Source: a virus
DNA: 64,000 nt
Strand: one strand, 5' to 3'
IMG/VR virus record: IMGVR_UViG_3300008261_004773
Span: 32,830 to 96,829 of that record
Shown here in pieces: positions 26,500-37,500 of the stretch; position 1 is the first letter of the stretch; the number at the start of each line of letters is the position of its first letter. Both the position numbers and the translations under genes were made by a program. The notes beneath the pieces are model-generated. The model was not told the DNA's origin, did no database searches, and saw only the letters and a list, made by a program, of their open reading frames with translations.

Positions 26500-28257
26500 G
26501 TGACCAGAGAACAATTAATTATCGAAGTTACGAAGTGTATGAAAAACACTCCGTACGCGATGAGAACTTATTTGCAGACTTTTGACAATACCGTCAAAAG
26601 ATATGTACCATTGGATCTATTCCCTGACCAAGTAACCTTAGTTGAGGATTATGATAATTACAACGAAAACATTGCACTGAAATATAGACAGGCGGGTGTA
26701 TCAACAGTAACCGCTGCATGGTCTTCGAAAAGGTTAGTTTTTGCAAAGAAGAACAATCCAGAAAAAATACTGATCATTGCAAACAAATTGGATACCGCTG
26801 TAGAATTTGCTAATAAGGTTAGAGGATTTACAGAACAATGGCCTGCTTGGGTTGGGGTTGGCTTTTCACAAGAAAAAAATTCACAAAGACATTTCAAACT
26901 CACAAATAATTGTGAAGTTAAGGCGGTTGCAACTTCCAAAGATGCCTTACGTGGTTATACACCTACAATCCTAATATTCGATGAAGCAGCATATATTGAG
27001 GCAGATGACGACTTTTGGGCAGCCTGTATGGCTTCCCTGTCTACGGGAGGTAAAGTGATTGTAATTTCTACCCCAAATGGTTACGATCCAATTTACTATG
27101 AAATCTATGAACAGGCATTGAGAAACATGAATACGTTCAAAGTTTCTGAAATGTTTTGGTACAAGGATCCGAGATACAACAAAGATCTTTACATGGTAAA
27201 ATGTGATGATCTGACTGATTATCTTTTAAACCGCGAAAATTACAAGAACACTGAAGTTATAGACCTAACGGTAGAAAATGCCTACGAAAGAGATTATGAT
27301 GTTGTAAAAAATTACATCTCACAAGGATTCAAACCATGTTCATCTTGGTTCGAAGGTATGGTAAAAAAACTGAAGTATGACAAAAGAAAAGTTGCTCAGG
27401 AACTTGAGTGTAACTTTTTGGGGTCAGGTGATAATGTATTCGAATCAACTCTCCTTACTAAAATAAAAGATAATGATATAAAAGATCCTGATGGAAAAAT
27501 GATGGCAGGTAACTTGTGGATTTGGAAAGATCCTGTTATGAGTCATAGATACATCATGGGTGTGGACGTTTCGAGGGGTGATTCGGAGGATTTTTCTTGT
27601 ATCCAAATTATCGATTTTGATGAGAGAGAACAAGTTTTTGAATATGTGGCTAAAACACCGCCAGACGTTTTAGCGGAAGTTGCCTACAAGTGGGGTAAGA
27701 TGTATAATGCAATGATTGTCACAGATCTGACTGGAGGTATGGGAGTCGCAACGGCGAGAAAATTGCAAGAGTTAGGTTATAAGAATTTATATGTTGAAGG
27801 ACTGACAGAAAGAAACAAATATAAATGGGATCCGAAAAGAGACGAAAAAATACCAGGGATTAACTTCAATGCTAAAAGGGTTCAAATTATTGCATCTTTG
27901 GAAGAATCTTTGAGACACGGTTTCAAAGTTAGATCTCAAAGACTTTTGAATGAAATGGGTAAATTCATTTATGTGAATGGTAGACCAGATCACCAAAAAG
28001 GTCACCATGACGATACAATTATGTCAATTGCTATGGCAATTTACGTTGGAGATACTGCATTCCAAAACTTACAGAAGGTTGTTCAACAAACTAAAGTTAT
28101 GATTGATTCGTGGCACACAGAACGTAGTGAGAACAAAATGAGATCTGATTTTTTCAATCCTACAATACCCGTAGCAGGAAATCACAATCCAAGATTTATC
28201 AACGAAGCATCCAAAGAGGACTACAGGAAATATGGATGGTTATTTGGGGGTCGATAA
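26500..28257 (+). CDS. terL: Terminase large subunit (T4 gp17-like)
   Basis: KYRQAGVST Walker A, LIFDEAA Walker B, ISTPNG, QELEC.F, GVDVSRG and HDD nuclease motifs. Confidence 0.95.
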   Translation: MTREQLIIEVTKCMKNTPYAMRTYLQTFDNTVKRYVPLDLFPDQVTLVEDYDNYNENIALKYRQAGVSTVTAAWSSKRLVFAKKNNPEKILIIANKLDTAVEFANKVRGFTEQWPAWVGVGFSQEKNSQRHFKLTNNCEVKAVATSKDALRGYTPTILIFDEAAYIEADDDFWAACMASLSTGGKVIVISTPNGYDPIYYEIYEQALRNMNTFKVSEMFWYKDPRYNKDLYMVKCDDLTDYLLNRENYKNTEVIDLTVENAYERDYDVVKNYISQGFKPCSSWFEGMVKKLKYDKRKVAQELECNFLGSGDNVFESTLLTKIKDNDIKDPDGKMMAGNLWIWKDPVMSHRYIMGVDVSRGDSEDFSCIQIIDFDEREQVFEYVAKTPPDVLAEVAYKWGKMYNAMIVTDLTGGMGVATARKLQELGYKNLYVEGLTERNKYKWDPKRDEKIPGINFNAKRVQIIASLEESLRHGFKVRSQRLLNEMGKFIYVNGRPDHQKGHHDDTIMSIAMAIYVGDTAFQNLQKVVQQTKVMIDSWHTERSENKMRSDFFNPTIPVAGNHNPRFINEASKEDYRKYGWLFGGR

Positions 28258-28294
28258 GTATTTATATTATCAACGTAACACGTAAAATTGTAAA

Positions 28295-30136
28295 ATGGAT
28301 AATAAGAATCTAACGGTATGGCAACGACTTTCTGCGGCATTTGGACCTAACGCGCTCCTTAATCAGGATTATCCTACTTTTCATTTCGACAAAGAGGTTC
28401 TTTTAAAAACTCAAGACAAAGCCCAATACGAAAAAGAAAAACTTCAAGCCCAACAAACCTTTTACTTATCTAATCAATGGGCAAAAGTTGAAAACAATTT
28501 GTATTCTCAAGCAGTATATTATGAACCAACAAGATTGGCTTCAGTATACGACTATGAATCAATGGAGTATACTCCTGAAATATCTGCGGCGTTAGATATC
28601 TACGCTGAGGAATCAACAACCACTAACGAAGACGGGTTCATTCTACAAATTTATTCTGAATCAAAAAGAATCAAGGGTGTATTAGCAGATCTTTTCAATA
28701 ACACATTGGATATCAATACAAACTTACCAATGTGGACAAGAAACACGTGTAAATATGGTGACAATTTTGTATATCTGAAATTGGATCCTGAAAAAGGAGT
28801 TGTTGGTGTACAACAATTACCAAATATAGAAATCGAAAGAGTTGAAGCAGGAATGCACGAAAAAAGAGCACAATCTTTGGAAGACCCTACAGCTCAAAGA
28901 GCCCTTCACTTCAAGTGGAAAAACAAAAACATGGAGTTCCAATCTTGGGAGATTGCACATTTCAGACTACTGGGTGACGACAGAAAACTTCCATATGGTA
29001 CCTCGATGTTAGAAAAAGCAAGACGTATTTGGAAACAATTATTGTTATCTGAAGACGCAATGTTAATTTATCGTACTTCAAGAGCACCTGAAAGAAGAAT
29101 ATTCAAAGTGTTCGTTGGAAATATGAATGACGAGGATGTTGAAGCATACGTTCAACGTGTAGCAAATAAGTTCAAAAGAGATCAGGTGTTGGATCAAAAG
29201 ACGGGTAACGTGGACATGAGGTTCAACCAAATGGCTGTTGATCAGGACTACTTTGTTCCCGTGAGAGACCCTGCAGCTCCTTCTCCAATTGATACATTAC
29301 CAGGTGCACAAAACTTAGCTGAGATTGCCGATATTGAATATATTCAGAAGAAATTACTAACTGCATTACGTGTTCCAAAAGCATTCTTGGGATTTGAAGA
29401 AGTGGTAGGAGACGGAAAAAATTTGTCATTACAAGATATTCGTTTTGCCCGTACTATTAATAGAATCCAAAAAAGTATGTTGCAAGAATTGAACAAAATT
29501 GCAATTATACATTTGTTTCTCAACGGATTTGAAGAAGAAATTGCAAACTTCACTTTAGGTCTTACAAACCCATCTACTCAAGCTGACCTTTTAAAGATTG
29601 ATGTATGGAAAGAGAAAGTTTTACTTTACAAAGATGCAGTTGCGGATCCAGGTAATGGTATTCAACCTGTATCATCTACATGGGCTAAAAAACATATTCT
29701 CGGAATGTCTGATGAGGAAATCAAATTGGATTTACAACAACAAAGAATAGAAAAAGCGGTAGGTGAAGAATTGAAGAATACTCCAGCCGTAATCCAAAAA
29801 ACAGGTATATTTGACAATATTGACAAACTATATGGTTCTACAACAGGATCTACAGCAACTGCAGGAGCAACACCTAGTGGAGAAGTTTCTGAACCTGCTT
29901 TAGGGGCCTTACCTGCTGAAACAGGTGGAGCTTTACCGGGTGAAGAGGTGGCCGCTCCTGAGGCAGCACCTGAGGGAGAAGCTGCGGGTGGAACAGTACC
30001 AGAATCACGTTTCGACAACATGAATATTTTGCTAGACTCAGATATGATTAAGGGTAGAACAATCTTAGATTTGAGCCATGGTCAACAATATTTAGGAGAA
30101 ATTGAAAAAGAGTTAGACAACTTACTAAACTCCTAA
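28295..30136 (+). CDS. Portal protein (T4 gp20-like)
   Basis: EDAMLIYRTSRAPERRIFKVFVGNM, DYFVPVR, IDTLPG, ALRVPK. Confidence 0.95.
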   Translation: MDNKNLTVWQRLSAAFGPNALLNQDYPTFHFDKEVLLKTQDKAQYEKEKLQAQQTFYLSNQWAKVENNLYSQAVYYEPTRLASVYDYESMEYTPEISAALDIYAEESTTTNEDGFILQIYSESKRIKGVLADLFNNTLDINTNLPMWTRNTCKYGDNFVYLKLDPEKGVVGVQQLPNIEIERVEAGMHEKRAQSLEDPTAQRALHFKWKNKNMEFQSWEIAHFRLLGDDRKLPYGTSMLEKARRIWKQLLLSEDAMLIYRTSRAPERRIFKVFVGNMNDEDVEAYVQRVANKFKRDQVLDQKTGNVDMRFNQMAVDQDYFVPVRDPAAPSPIDTLPGAQNLAEIADIEYIQKKLLTALRVPKAFLGFEEVVGDGKNLSLQDIRFARTINRIQKSMLQELNKIAIIHLFLNGFEEEIANFTLGLTNPSTQADLLKIDVWKEKVLLYKDAVADPGNGIQPVSSTWAKKHILGMSDEEIKLDLQQQRIEKAVGEELKNTPAVIQKTGIFDNIDKLYGSTTGSTATAGATPSGEVSEPALGALPAETGGALPGEEVAAPEAAPEGEAAGGTVPESRFDNMNILLDSDMIKGRTILDLSHGQQYLGEIEKELDNLLNS

Positions 30137-30159
30137 TATTTATAAAAAAATATTGTTCC

Positions 30160-30858
30160 ATGACCTTCGGAGAAGTAAAATCCATAATTGAAGAAAGCTT
30201 GATAGAATCTTATAAAGATTCCAAAAATTTCAAAAGTGTGATGAAAGAGTTTCACACAAATATCTTGACTAACAAGTCATTGTCTAAATTGTATTCCCTA
30301 TACGATGATTTGAATTCAGAAAAATCTTTGTCCGAAAAAGAAGCTAAGGAGTACTTGGAAGAAGGTATCTCTCTTATTAGATCTGTATTGGAAAATGCTA
30401 AGTTGCCAAAATTCACATCTAAAAAGATTGAAAACAAATACAAAGATTTGGATACATTAGTTTACACCAAAAATTTGAATATATCAGAGAGAGTTTCTGC
30501 TAAAAACAATCTTATTTCCAATTTAACTAAATCTCCTAACTCATTGAAAGAATCGATTAACCTACCTTTGACATCGATGGTTTCAGTTGCAAATCAAACC
30601 CTGAAGAATTACATTGAGACTATGGATGAGTCAACAAAAAAAGATTTCTTCAAAGTAATCAAATCTGATCAGAATGATTTGGAAAAAGAGTTTGGTACAA
30701 TCAAAGAAAGTGCAATTAATAAATTGCAAACTATTTTGGAAGGTGAAAACGAGTTTGAGTTGAAAACCAAAATATCTGAAACGATTGATAGATTGAAAAA
30801 CGAAGAGTTCAATCAAATGAATTTTGTAAGAATCAGCTCGTTAGAAAAATCTATTTAA
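30160..30858 (+). CDS. Hypothetical head-module protein
   Basis: 232-aa helical ORF after portal. Confidence 0.75.
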   Translation: MTFGEVKSIIEESLIESYKDSKNFKSVMKEFHTNILTNKSLSKLYSLYDDLNSEKSLSEKEAKEYLEEGISLIRSVLENAKLPKFTSKKIENKYKDLDTLVYTKNLNISERVSAKNNLISNLTKSPNSLKESINLPLTSMVSVANQTLKNYIETMDESTKKDFFKVIKSDQNDLEKEFGTIKESAINKLQTILEGENEFELKTKISETIDRLKNEEFNQMNFVRISSLEKSI

Positions 30859-31040
30859 TTTCCTATCTTCTGTTGTGTATAAATAGCTTTAAGCTTTTGA
30901 GTCCTTTTTTTGACTGAAGGTTTAACATACTCTTTTCTTTCGAAAAGTGTTTTTTGTTGCTTAGTCTTCATCACCTTAGATTTCAAGGTCTTAAGTGCTC
31001 TTTCAATGTTTTCGTTTTTTCCGATTTCAATAATTAACAT
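30855..31040 (-). CDS. rpsU: 30S ribosomal protein bS21
   Basis: ENIERALK..K.K.....RKEYVKPSVKKR; Tyr at position 54. Confidence 0.92.
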   Translation of the reverse strand: MLIIEIGKNENIERALKTLKSKVMKTKQQKTLFERKEYVKPSVKKRTQKLKAIYTQQKIGN

Positions 31041-31131
31041 AATAACATATATTTCGAAAAGTCAATTTTGACAATTATATTCCTTTTTCATAATATTTTA
31101 AAAACAAATAAACTATTGTATATGAAACAAA

Positions 31132-31596
31132 ATGAAGAAAGGAAAAACCTCAAAAATAAATAACTTCGAATCTCTCAAAGTAAATTATGGAACAGTAGAT
31201 TCCAAAAATTTAAAATCAATTTACATTAACATACAATCATGGGTAAACCCTAAAATTATCTCCGAGAACTGGAATAGAATTGTATGTAATTTTAGTCGTG
31301 AAATCAAACACACCATTTATTATCAATTAGACAGACAAATATTCGAGGATAAGTCAATCGTTGATTTGGATCTCAGAACGTCAGGTATAGTCTTTGGAAA
31401 GAAATCCTTTTTGAACTTGGAAATTAATCTTTTCACATCCCAAGAATTAGACTTTAAATCAAATGTAGTACGAGACTCAATTAAAAAATTAGTTTCTGCA
31501 ATCAACTCCGAAAATTTCAAGAAAAACAATTATTTTGATTTTACCCTCACTAAAAATGGAAATCCAACAAAATCAAAGTCAGAAGTATATTTATAG
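31132..31596 (+). CDS. Hypothetical protein
   Basis: 154-aa ORF divergent from bS21. Confidence 0.75.
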   Translation: MKKGKTSKINNFESLKVNYGTVDSKNLKSIYINIQSWVNPKIISENWNRIVCNFSREIKHTIYYQLDRQIFEDKSIVDLDLRTSGIVFGKKSFLNLEINLFTSQELDFKSNVVRDSIKKLVSAINSENFKKNNYFDFTLTKNGNPTKSKSEVYL

Positions 31597-31607
31597 AAAA
31601 AGTTTTG

Positions 31608-32321
31608 ATGAAACAATATAAAATACTTGGTCCACACGAAATAGGTAAAGGTATCCTTATCGAAGAAGATGCGGGATATCTTTCTCCACTTGATAAATTG
31701 AATGAATCAATTTTGAAAGAAGCTCAAGAAAGAGACTATAAGAAACCATTTGAATTTTTTGCAGTTTTACAAAAATTCAACACCCCTAATAGAAACGGAA
31801 GATTTTATCCTGAAAACATTCTGAAAAGAGAAGCGGAAAAATATAAAAAGACAATCCAAAAAGGTCTTTCTACATCTGAATTAAACCACCCCGAATCCTC
31901 TCTCATTGACCTTGATAGAGTATCTCATTTGATCACAGATATTTGGTGGGAAGGAAATGTTTTGATGGGTAAATTAAAATTATTGACATCGCCAGGATTT
32001 CATGAAAGCGGTATTGTCTCAACAAAGGGTGATATTGCGGCGAACCTAATGAGACAAGGAGTAACGATGGGAGTATCTTCAAGAGGAGTAGGATCCCTCA
32101 AGAAAATCGGTGAGAGAAATGAAGTACAAGATGATTTCGAGTTGATTTGTTTCGATTTGGTTTCTTCACCTTCAACACCAGGTGCATACCTTTTCCCAAA
32201 TGCTGAGGACAGAATGAAATATGAGGAAAACTTGGAAGAAGAAAAAATCGTTGGGTTAAGTTCGGCTGGAAACAAGTCTATTGATTTAATGAAAAAACTT
32301 ACCGATTATTTGGGAAGATAA
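31608..32321 (+). CDS. Prohead core protease (T4 gp21-like)
   Basis: NRNGRFYP, ELNHP, VSH, GVSSRGVGS, DLVSSPSTPGA. Confidence 0.95.
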   Translation: MKQYKILGPHEIGKGILIEEDAGYLSPLDKLNESILKEAQERDYKKPFEFFAVLQKFNTPNRNGRFYPENILKREAEKYKKTIQKGLSTSELNHPESSLIDLDRVSHLITDIWWEGNVLMGKLKLLTSPGFHESGIVSTKGDIAANLMRQGVTMGVSSRGVGSLKKIGERNEVQDDFELICFDLVSSPSTPGAYLFPNAEDRMKYEENLEEEKIVGLSSAGNKSIDLMKKLTDYLGR

Positions 32322-32330
32322 TTAAAAACT

Positions 32331-32540
32331 ATGGACGAAAAATTTTTTGTAGCAAAAATTACTTATGATCTTCCTGATGAAAACACAGGTAAAATCAAAA
32401 AAATTAAAGAAGAAAAACTCGTTAAAGGATTTTCAGTAACTGATGTTGAAGCAAAAGTTACCAAACGATATGAGGGGTTCTCTAATGATTGGAGAATAAC
32501 TTCTGTATCAGAAAGTAAGATTGACGAAGTAATTGATTAA
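32331..32540 (+). CDS. DUF4494-like small protein
   Basis: FFVAKITY...GKIKKIKEEKLVKGFSVTDVEAKV...ESKIDEV pattern. Confidence 0.6.
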   Translation: MDEKFFVAKITYDLPDENTGKIKKIKEEKLVKGFSVTDVEAKVTKRYEGFSNDWRITSVSESKIDEVID

Positions 32541-32564
32541 AAGTGGTTTTATACCACTTTTTTT
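32540..32564 (+). terminator. Intrinsic terminator
   Basis: AAAGTGGT-TTTAT-ACCACTTTTTTT. Confidence 0.75.
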
Positions 32565-32594
32565 ATTTTGAGGATATTTATAAAATAAAAAATT

Positions 32595-32909
32595 ATGAAT
32601 ATCCTACTTAGTACTCCATCAGGTAATGGAAGATTGATACAGGGCGGAACCATCCAAGATGGGATTACACTTGCCAATTCATTAGGACTTACTGAATATA
32701 ATGTTGCTGTTTACAATGCGGCCTCTGTTGTTGTTAATGATAACACAGGTGGTGGTTTCAACATTAACCTAAATGACGAAGGAACTACAGAGAGATTTCT
32801 AATTTTTGATACTACTTCATCTAACGTTTTGTCTTGGATCACGACAAACTACCCAACAGCTACGTTGGTTACATTCGGAAAAACTTCAATAATATTAGCT
32901 ACAGCCTAA
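32595..32909 (+). CDS. Hypothetical protein (possible virion component)
   Basis: 104 aa, T/N/G-rich, TATTTATA upstream. Confidence 0.65.
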   Translation: MNILLSTPSGNGRLIQGGTIQDGITLANSLGLTEYNVAVYNAASVVVNDNTGGGFNINLNDEGTTERFLIFDTTSSNVLSWITTNYPTATLVTFGKTSIILATA

Positions 32910-32960
32910 ATTTTTTTCGATTTAGACACTATTTATAAGTTAAAATAATAACAATTTATT

Positions 32961-34541
32961 ATGCAAGAAAATAAATCAATTGTTGAAGAGGCGTTGATTC
33001 AAATGAAAAATGTTGAACAAGCAATCGCCGAAAATGCAAAAGGAATACTTCGTTCTACAATGAAAGAAGAAATCGGACAACTGGTAAAAGAATCTCTCTC
33101 AGAACAAGATGATGAGGAAGAGGTTGACTTAGATTCAGAAATAGATACAGACGTAGAAGTTTCACCTGAAGAAGATGAAATGGAAATGGATGTTGATAAC
33201 GAAGAAGGCATGGATATGGACATTGATATGGACATGGACATGGATTCTGAAAGTCCTATCGACTTAACAGGCGCATCGGACGAAGAAATTCTTAAAATTT
33301 TTAAAGCAATGGGCGAAGAAGATGGAATCATCGTGAAAAAAGACGGTGATGATATTCATATCACTGATAACAATCAGGATGCAGAATATCTTGTTAAGTT
33401 AGGAGAATCATTAGAAGAGGACATGGATATGGCATCTTTTGATGAAACTCTCGATGAAGAGGGTAATCCTATGGACATGGGATCTGACGAAACCTCAGAC
33501 ATGGACGACGAGAAAATCGACATGATCGTTAGCAAACTTTTTGACGGTGATCATTCTCTTGAAGAAGAGGAAGATGACGAAGAAGAAGAGGAAGATGACG
33601 AAGAAGAAGTTGACGAAATCGTTTATGAAATCAGTCTCGATGAAGATGATGATATCGAGGAAATGGAAGAGGGAGCTGAAGTTGATGAGTTGGACGAACA
33701 GGACGACATAGATCCTGAAATGGCTATGGAAATGGAAGAGGGCATGGACTCAGATATGGAAGACGAAATGCACGAAGACATGGAAGAAGACATGGATGGT
33801 TTAGAAGAATCTTACGATCACAAAAAGGTCGGAGTAAAAGAGGCTAAGATGACCGTAAAACCAGTAGGTAAGGGCATCGGAAAACCTAACTTCAAATATG
33901 ATGGTGAAACTGAATACAAGTCACCTAAAAAAATGAAGCAAGGAACAAAAGGCGTTGGTATGGGTAAACCTAAGTTTGAGTACAAAGAAGGTGAAAATAC
34001 TGATGGAAAGACTAAAGTTGTTAAAGCTAAGAAGAAAGTTGAAGCTAAAGAAGCGGCTCGTACTTACGGGTTTGGTTCTAAAGACGGATCTAGAGGTCTT
34101 AGAAAAGCAATAACAGACAACAGAAATCTAACATTTGAAGCACTTGAAATCGAAGTAAAACAACTAAGAGAAAAGAATGAAGAGTACAGAAAAGCACTTA
34201 ACATTTTCAGATCTAAATTAAATGAAGTTGCAATCTTCAATTCAAATTTAGCATACGCTACAAGATTGTTCACAGAACACGCTACAACTAAAAAGGAAAA
34301 AATTAACATCCTTAGAAGATTTGATAGTGTTGAATCTTTGAAAGAATCTAAAAATCTATACAAAACTCTAAAAGATGAGTTGTCAAACACTGACAGTGCA
34401 CCTTCTAAATCAATCAACGAATCTGTTGGAAAAATTGAAAAGGTTGTATCAACAGGATCAGCAACTAATCTGATAGAAAATAAGACTTACGAAGCACCTC
34501 AGTTCTTAAGAATTAAGGATTTGATGAGTAAGATCGGATAA
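32961..34541 (+). CDS. Prohead scaffold/core protein (gp22-like position)
   Basis: Highly acidic, coiled-coil C-terminus (LNEVAIFNSNLAY), immediately before major capsid. Confidence 0.8.
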   Translation: MQENKSIVEEALIQMKNVEQAIAENAKGILRSTMKEEIGQLVKESLSEQDDEEEVDLDSEIDTDVEVSPEEDEMEMDVDNEEGMDMDIDMDMDMDSESPIDLTGASDEEILKIFKAMGEEDGIIVKKDGDDIHITDNNQDAEYLVKLGESLEEDMDMASFDETLDEEGNPMDMGSDETSDMDDEKIDMIVSKLFDGDHSLEEEEDDEEEEEDDEEEVDEIVYEISLDEDDDIEEMEEGAEVDELDEQDDIDPEMAMEMEEGMDSDMEDEMHEDMEEDMDGLEESYDHKKVGVKEAKMTVKPVGKGIGKPNFKYDGETEYKSPKKMKQGTKGVGMGKPKFEYKEGENTDGKTKVVKAKKKVEAKEAARTYGFGSKDGSRGLRKAITDNRNLTFEALEIEVKQLREKNEEYRKALNIFRSKLNEVAIFNSNLAYATRLFTEHATTKKEKINILRRFDSVESLKESKNLYKTLKDELSNTDSAPSKSINESVGKIEKVVSTGSATNLIENKTYEAPQFLRIKDLMSKIG

Positions 34542-34570
34542 TAAAAAATTAAAAACAAAAACAAATAAAA

Positions 34571-36349
34571 ATGGGAGCATTATTAGAATCAGGTCTCGTT
34601 GGTAACATTGGTCTTAAGCACCTTAAAGTTATCAAGGAAGATACTATCAACAAATGGGACAAATTAGGATTCTTAGAGGGTCTTAAAGGTCACGCAAAGG
34701 AAAACATTGCTCAGCTTTTCGAAAACCAAGCATCATATTTGATCAATGAGGCTGCAACAACTGACTCATCAGGTTCTTTCGAAACTGTAGTTTTCCCAAT
34801 CGTTAGAAGAGTTTTCTCTAAACTTCTTGCTAATGATATCGTTTCAGTACAAGCTATGAACCTACCAATCGGTAAGTTGTTCTACTTCGTACCTCACATT
34901 CAGAGATATCAGTCTCCGAATGAATTATTACCACAAGATGGTGGTGATCACTACGCACCTTTTGGAGCACCTAACGGACCAGCTTCACAAAATGCGGGTT
35001 ACAACCAAAATGACAAAGATCTTTACGATCTTTTCTATGAAGGTAACGAACCAGATTTGGATCCTCCAGGTCTATTCGACTATTCTAAAGGTACATTCTC
35101 TGCAATGACATACACAGCTTCAACGCAAGTATGGGATGCAGCAGGAAACGCACTTATCCAATCAGGATACGCAGCTGGTACTTATAGAAAAGTAATCATG
35201 GCACTTTCTGGTTTCCAAAGTGCAGGTCAAGGTCAATTGATCGGACCAGATGGTAACGAACAAGATACTGAAGCTTTCTTAGCTTCTTTACAAGTTCTTC
35301 CAATCACTAACGCAACTGCAAACGGATTCTCAGGTGTATCTTCACCTGTATTATTCAGAGTTGTAACACAGGTTTACGGTAAAGGTATTGTACAGTATGG
35401 CGGTCAGTCAAACACAACATTCCCTTCTACAGGTAATGGTGGTTCATACAACAACGTTTGTGATGCTAACGGTGTAATTTATCTTGAAGCTGATCTTCAA
35501 GTTCCTTGTGAAGTAACATCTTCTTCACTTGATGGTTATTCTGGATACACTACAACAGTGAACACAGATTACAACCAAGCATTCAAGTGTAAGTACAGAG
35601 TTTACAAAGAAATGGAATTCGAAGACAGATTGGGTGAGGTTTCTTTCGATCTACAGGCTGTAACAGTTTCTGTAACTGAAAGAAAACTAAGAGCTCAATG
35701 GTCACCTGAATTGGCTCAAGACGTTGCGGCATTCCACAACATCGATGCTGAAGCTGAATTAACTGCTTTGTTATCAGAGCAAGTTGCAGCTGAAATTGAT
35801 AGAGAGATCCTAAGAGACCTTAGAAAAGGTGCAGCTTGGAACTTAAGATGGAACTACAACGGATGGAAGCAATTGGGTAACAATGCAGTACCTTATACAC
35901 AAAAGGACTGGAACCAAACGCTTATCACAGCAATCAACCAAATTTCAGCTCAGATCCACAAATCAACTCTAAGAGGTGGTGCTAACTGGATCGTTGTATC
36001 TTCTGAAATCAGTGCAATTTTTGATGACTTGGAGTATTTCCACGTATCAAACGCGGCTCCTGAGCAGGATCAATACAACATGGGTATTGAAAGAGTTGGT
36101 ACTCTTGCTGGTAGATACCAAGTTTATAGAGATCCTTACTTCCCACCAAACCAAGTGTTGTTGGGTCACAAAGGAACATCTTTACTTGACACAGGTTATA
36201 TCTACGCACCATATGTACCTTTACAACTTACTCCAACAATGTATAACCCATTCAACTTCACACCTATCAAGGGTATCATGACTAGATACGCTAAGAAAAT
36301 GGTTAACAACCGTTTCTATGGTAGAATCCGACCAAAAATCATTATCTGA
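34571..36349 (+). CDS. Major capsid protein (T4 gp23-like); last ~6 residues suspect
   Basis: VSVQAMNLPIG, RKLRAQWSPELAQD..AFHNIDAEAEL, GYIYAPYVPL, GIMTRY. Confidence 0.96.
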   Translation: MGALLESGLVGNIGLKHLKVIKEDTINKWDKLGFLEGLKGHAKENIAQLFENQASYLINEAATTDSSGSFETVVFPIVRRVFSKLLANDIVSVQAMNLPIGKLFYFVPHIQRYQSPNELLPQDGGDHYAPFGAPNGPASQNAGYNQNDKDLYDLFYEGNEPDLDPPGLFDYSKGTFSAMTYTASTQVWDAAGNALIQSGYAAGTYRKVIMALSGFQSAGQGQLIGPDGNEQDTEAFLASLQVLPITNATANGFSGVSSPVLFRVVTQVYGKGIVQYGGQSNTTFPSTGNGGSYNNVCDANGVIYLEADLQVPCEVTSSSLDGYSGYTTTVNTDYNQAFKCKYRVYKEMEFEDRLGEVSFDLQAVTVSVTERKLRAQWSPELAQDVAAFHNIDAEAELTALLSEQVAAEIDREILRDLRKGAAWNLRWNYNGWKQLGNNAVPYTQKDWNQTLITAINQISAQIHKSTLRGGANWIVVSSEISAIFDDLEYFHVSNAAPEQDQYNMGIERVGTLAGRYQVYRDPYFPPNQVLLGHKGTSLLDTGYIYAPYVPLQLTPTMYNPFNFTPIKGIMTRYAKKMVNNRFYGRIRPKIII

Positions 36350-37500
36350 TAAAGGAACAAAGACAGCCCGAGGTAATCACAAATACTGAGACTAAAATAA
36401 ATAAATTCCCTACAACAAACTTGGGAAATAAGTTTGAATATGGGAAATATGACTCACCAACAGTGAAGACTGCAATAGAACAATTGAAGCCTCAAATTGA
36501 AAAATTTATACAAGATAGTGACTCGAGTAACTTTACAATCAACATATCAGCAGGAGAATCGAGGGTTACAAACCCGAAAGGTTTTGAGACTAAGGGAAGT
36601 TTGGCTTTGGCTAGAGCAAATAATGTAAAAAAATATTTCCAAGAATTGTTTCCCGATTTGATAAAGAAAGGGGTTTTGTTTATTAAATCACCGGAGTCCG
36701 TTGAAGAAGTCACAATCGGTAAGACTCCATATGGGGGTCCTGGTAGTGGAGATTTTAAAGATGAGGAAAAGAAGAAAAAATATAATCAAGAACAATTTGT
36801 AAATTTTGATATTGTCGGATCTGGTAGTAAAACAACAACTACAACAAAAACAAAAACATTCTGTAACGTTAAGCCATTACAGTCTGCGGGAGGATCACTT
36901 TCAGTAGATCAAGATTTTACTCAAGTAGTACCTTGGAATATCGGTAAAGGTGAAGGTAATCTATTTCTCTCGTTTGATACATTCTATATGCCCGATATAA
37001 TTTATTTCGAATATAACGGAAAAACATATGGTGACACATTATTCAGAGGTAGTAGAACACCTGAATACAGAATATATGTTGGGACTGCACTATATGCAAA
37101 ATATGGTCAAGCCGGATTACCTAAACAGATGGGACAAAATCAAATAACCAAATTAAATTTTAATGAAAATAGTTTGAAAGATGCGTTACCTGACATGAGA
37201 GCTTGGGGTTTGGAAGAATCTTTCAATAATACATTTGGTCCTGATTCTTCATTGAGTAATCCTGCGTATATGGATGCTTTTAGAAGATTCGACCAAAAGA
37301 GAGGGAATAACGGAGTTGATAGACTACTCAAAGATTTGGGACCTGATTTTCCTTGGGCAATTCTAAAATCAACGATTGGTGTTTCTTCTAGTGGAAAAAT
37401 TGGGCCGATACCCAAAGTGGATGGGTTGGATACGATTAATATTATCAACGTCGCTCCTGTGGGCACCACTCAATGGAAATTGAATCTTAGTTGTGTTTAA
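36331..37500 (+). CDS. 5'-truncated protein with OmpA-C-like domain
   Basis: Frame open from 36325 without ATG (TKNHYLIKEQ...); ISAGES..N...LALARANNVKKY resembles the OmpA PG-binding motif. Confidence 0.6.
   Translation, partial: TKNHYLIKEQRQPEVITNTETKINKFPTTNLGNKFEYGKYDSPTVKTAIEQLKPQIEKFIQDSDSSNFTINISAGESRVTNPKGFETKGSLALARANNVKKYFQELFPDLIKKGVLFIKSPESVEEVTIGKTPYGGPGSGDFKDEEKKKKYNQEQFVNFDIVGSGSKTTTTTKTKTFCNVKPLQSAGGSLSVDQDFTQVVPWNIGKGEGNLFLSFDTFYMPDIIYFEYNGKTYGDTLFRGSRTPEYRIYVGTALYAKYGQAGLPKQMGQNQITKLNFNENSLKDALPDMRAWGLEESFNNTFGPDSSLSNPAYMDAFRRFDQKRGNNGVDRLLKDLGPDFPWAILKSTIGVSSSGKIGPIPKVDGLDTINIINVAPVGTTQWKLNLSCV

Noticed and set aside
33100-33810. GAYATG/GAAGAR micro-repeats
   Set aside because: Explained by Asp/Glu/Met-rich scaffold coding
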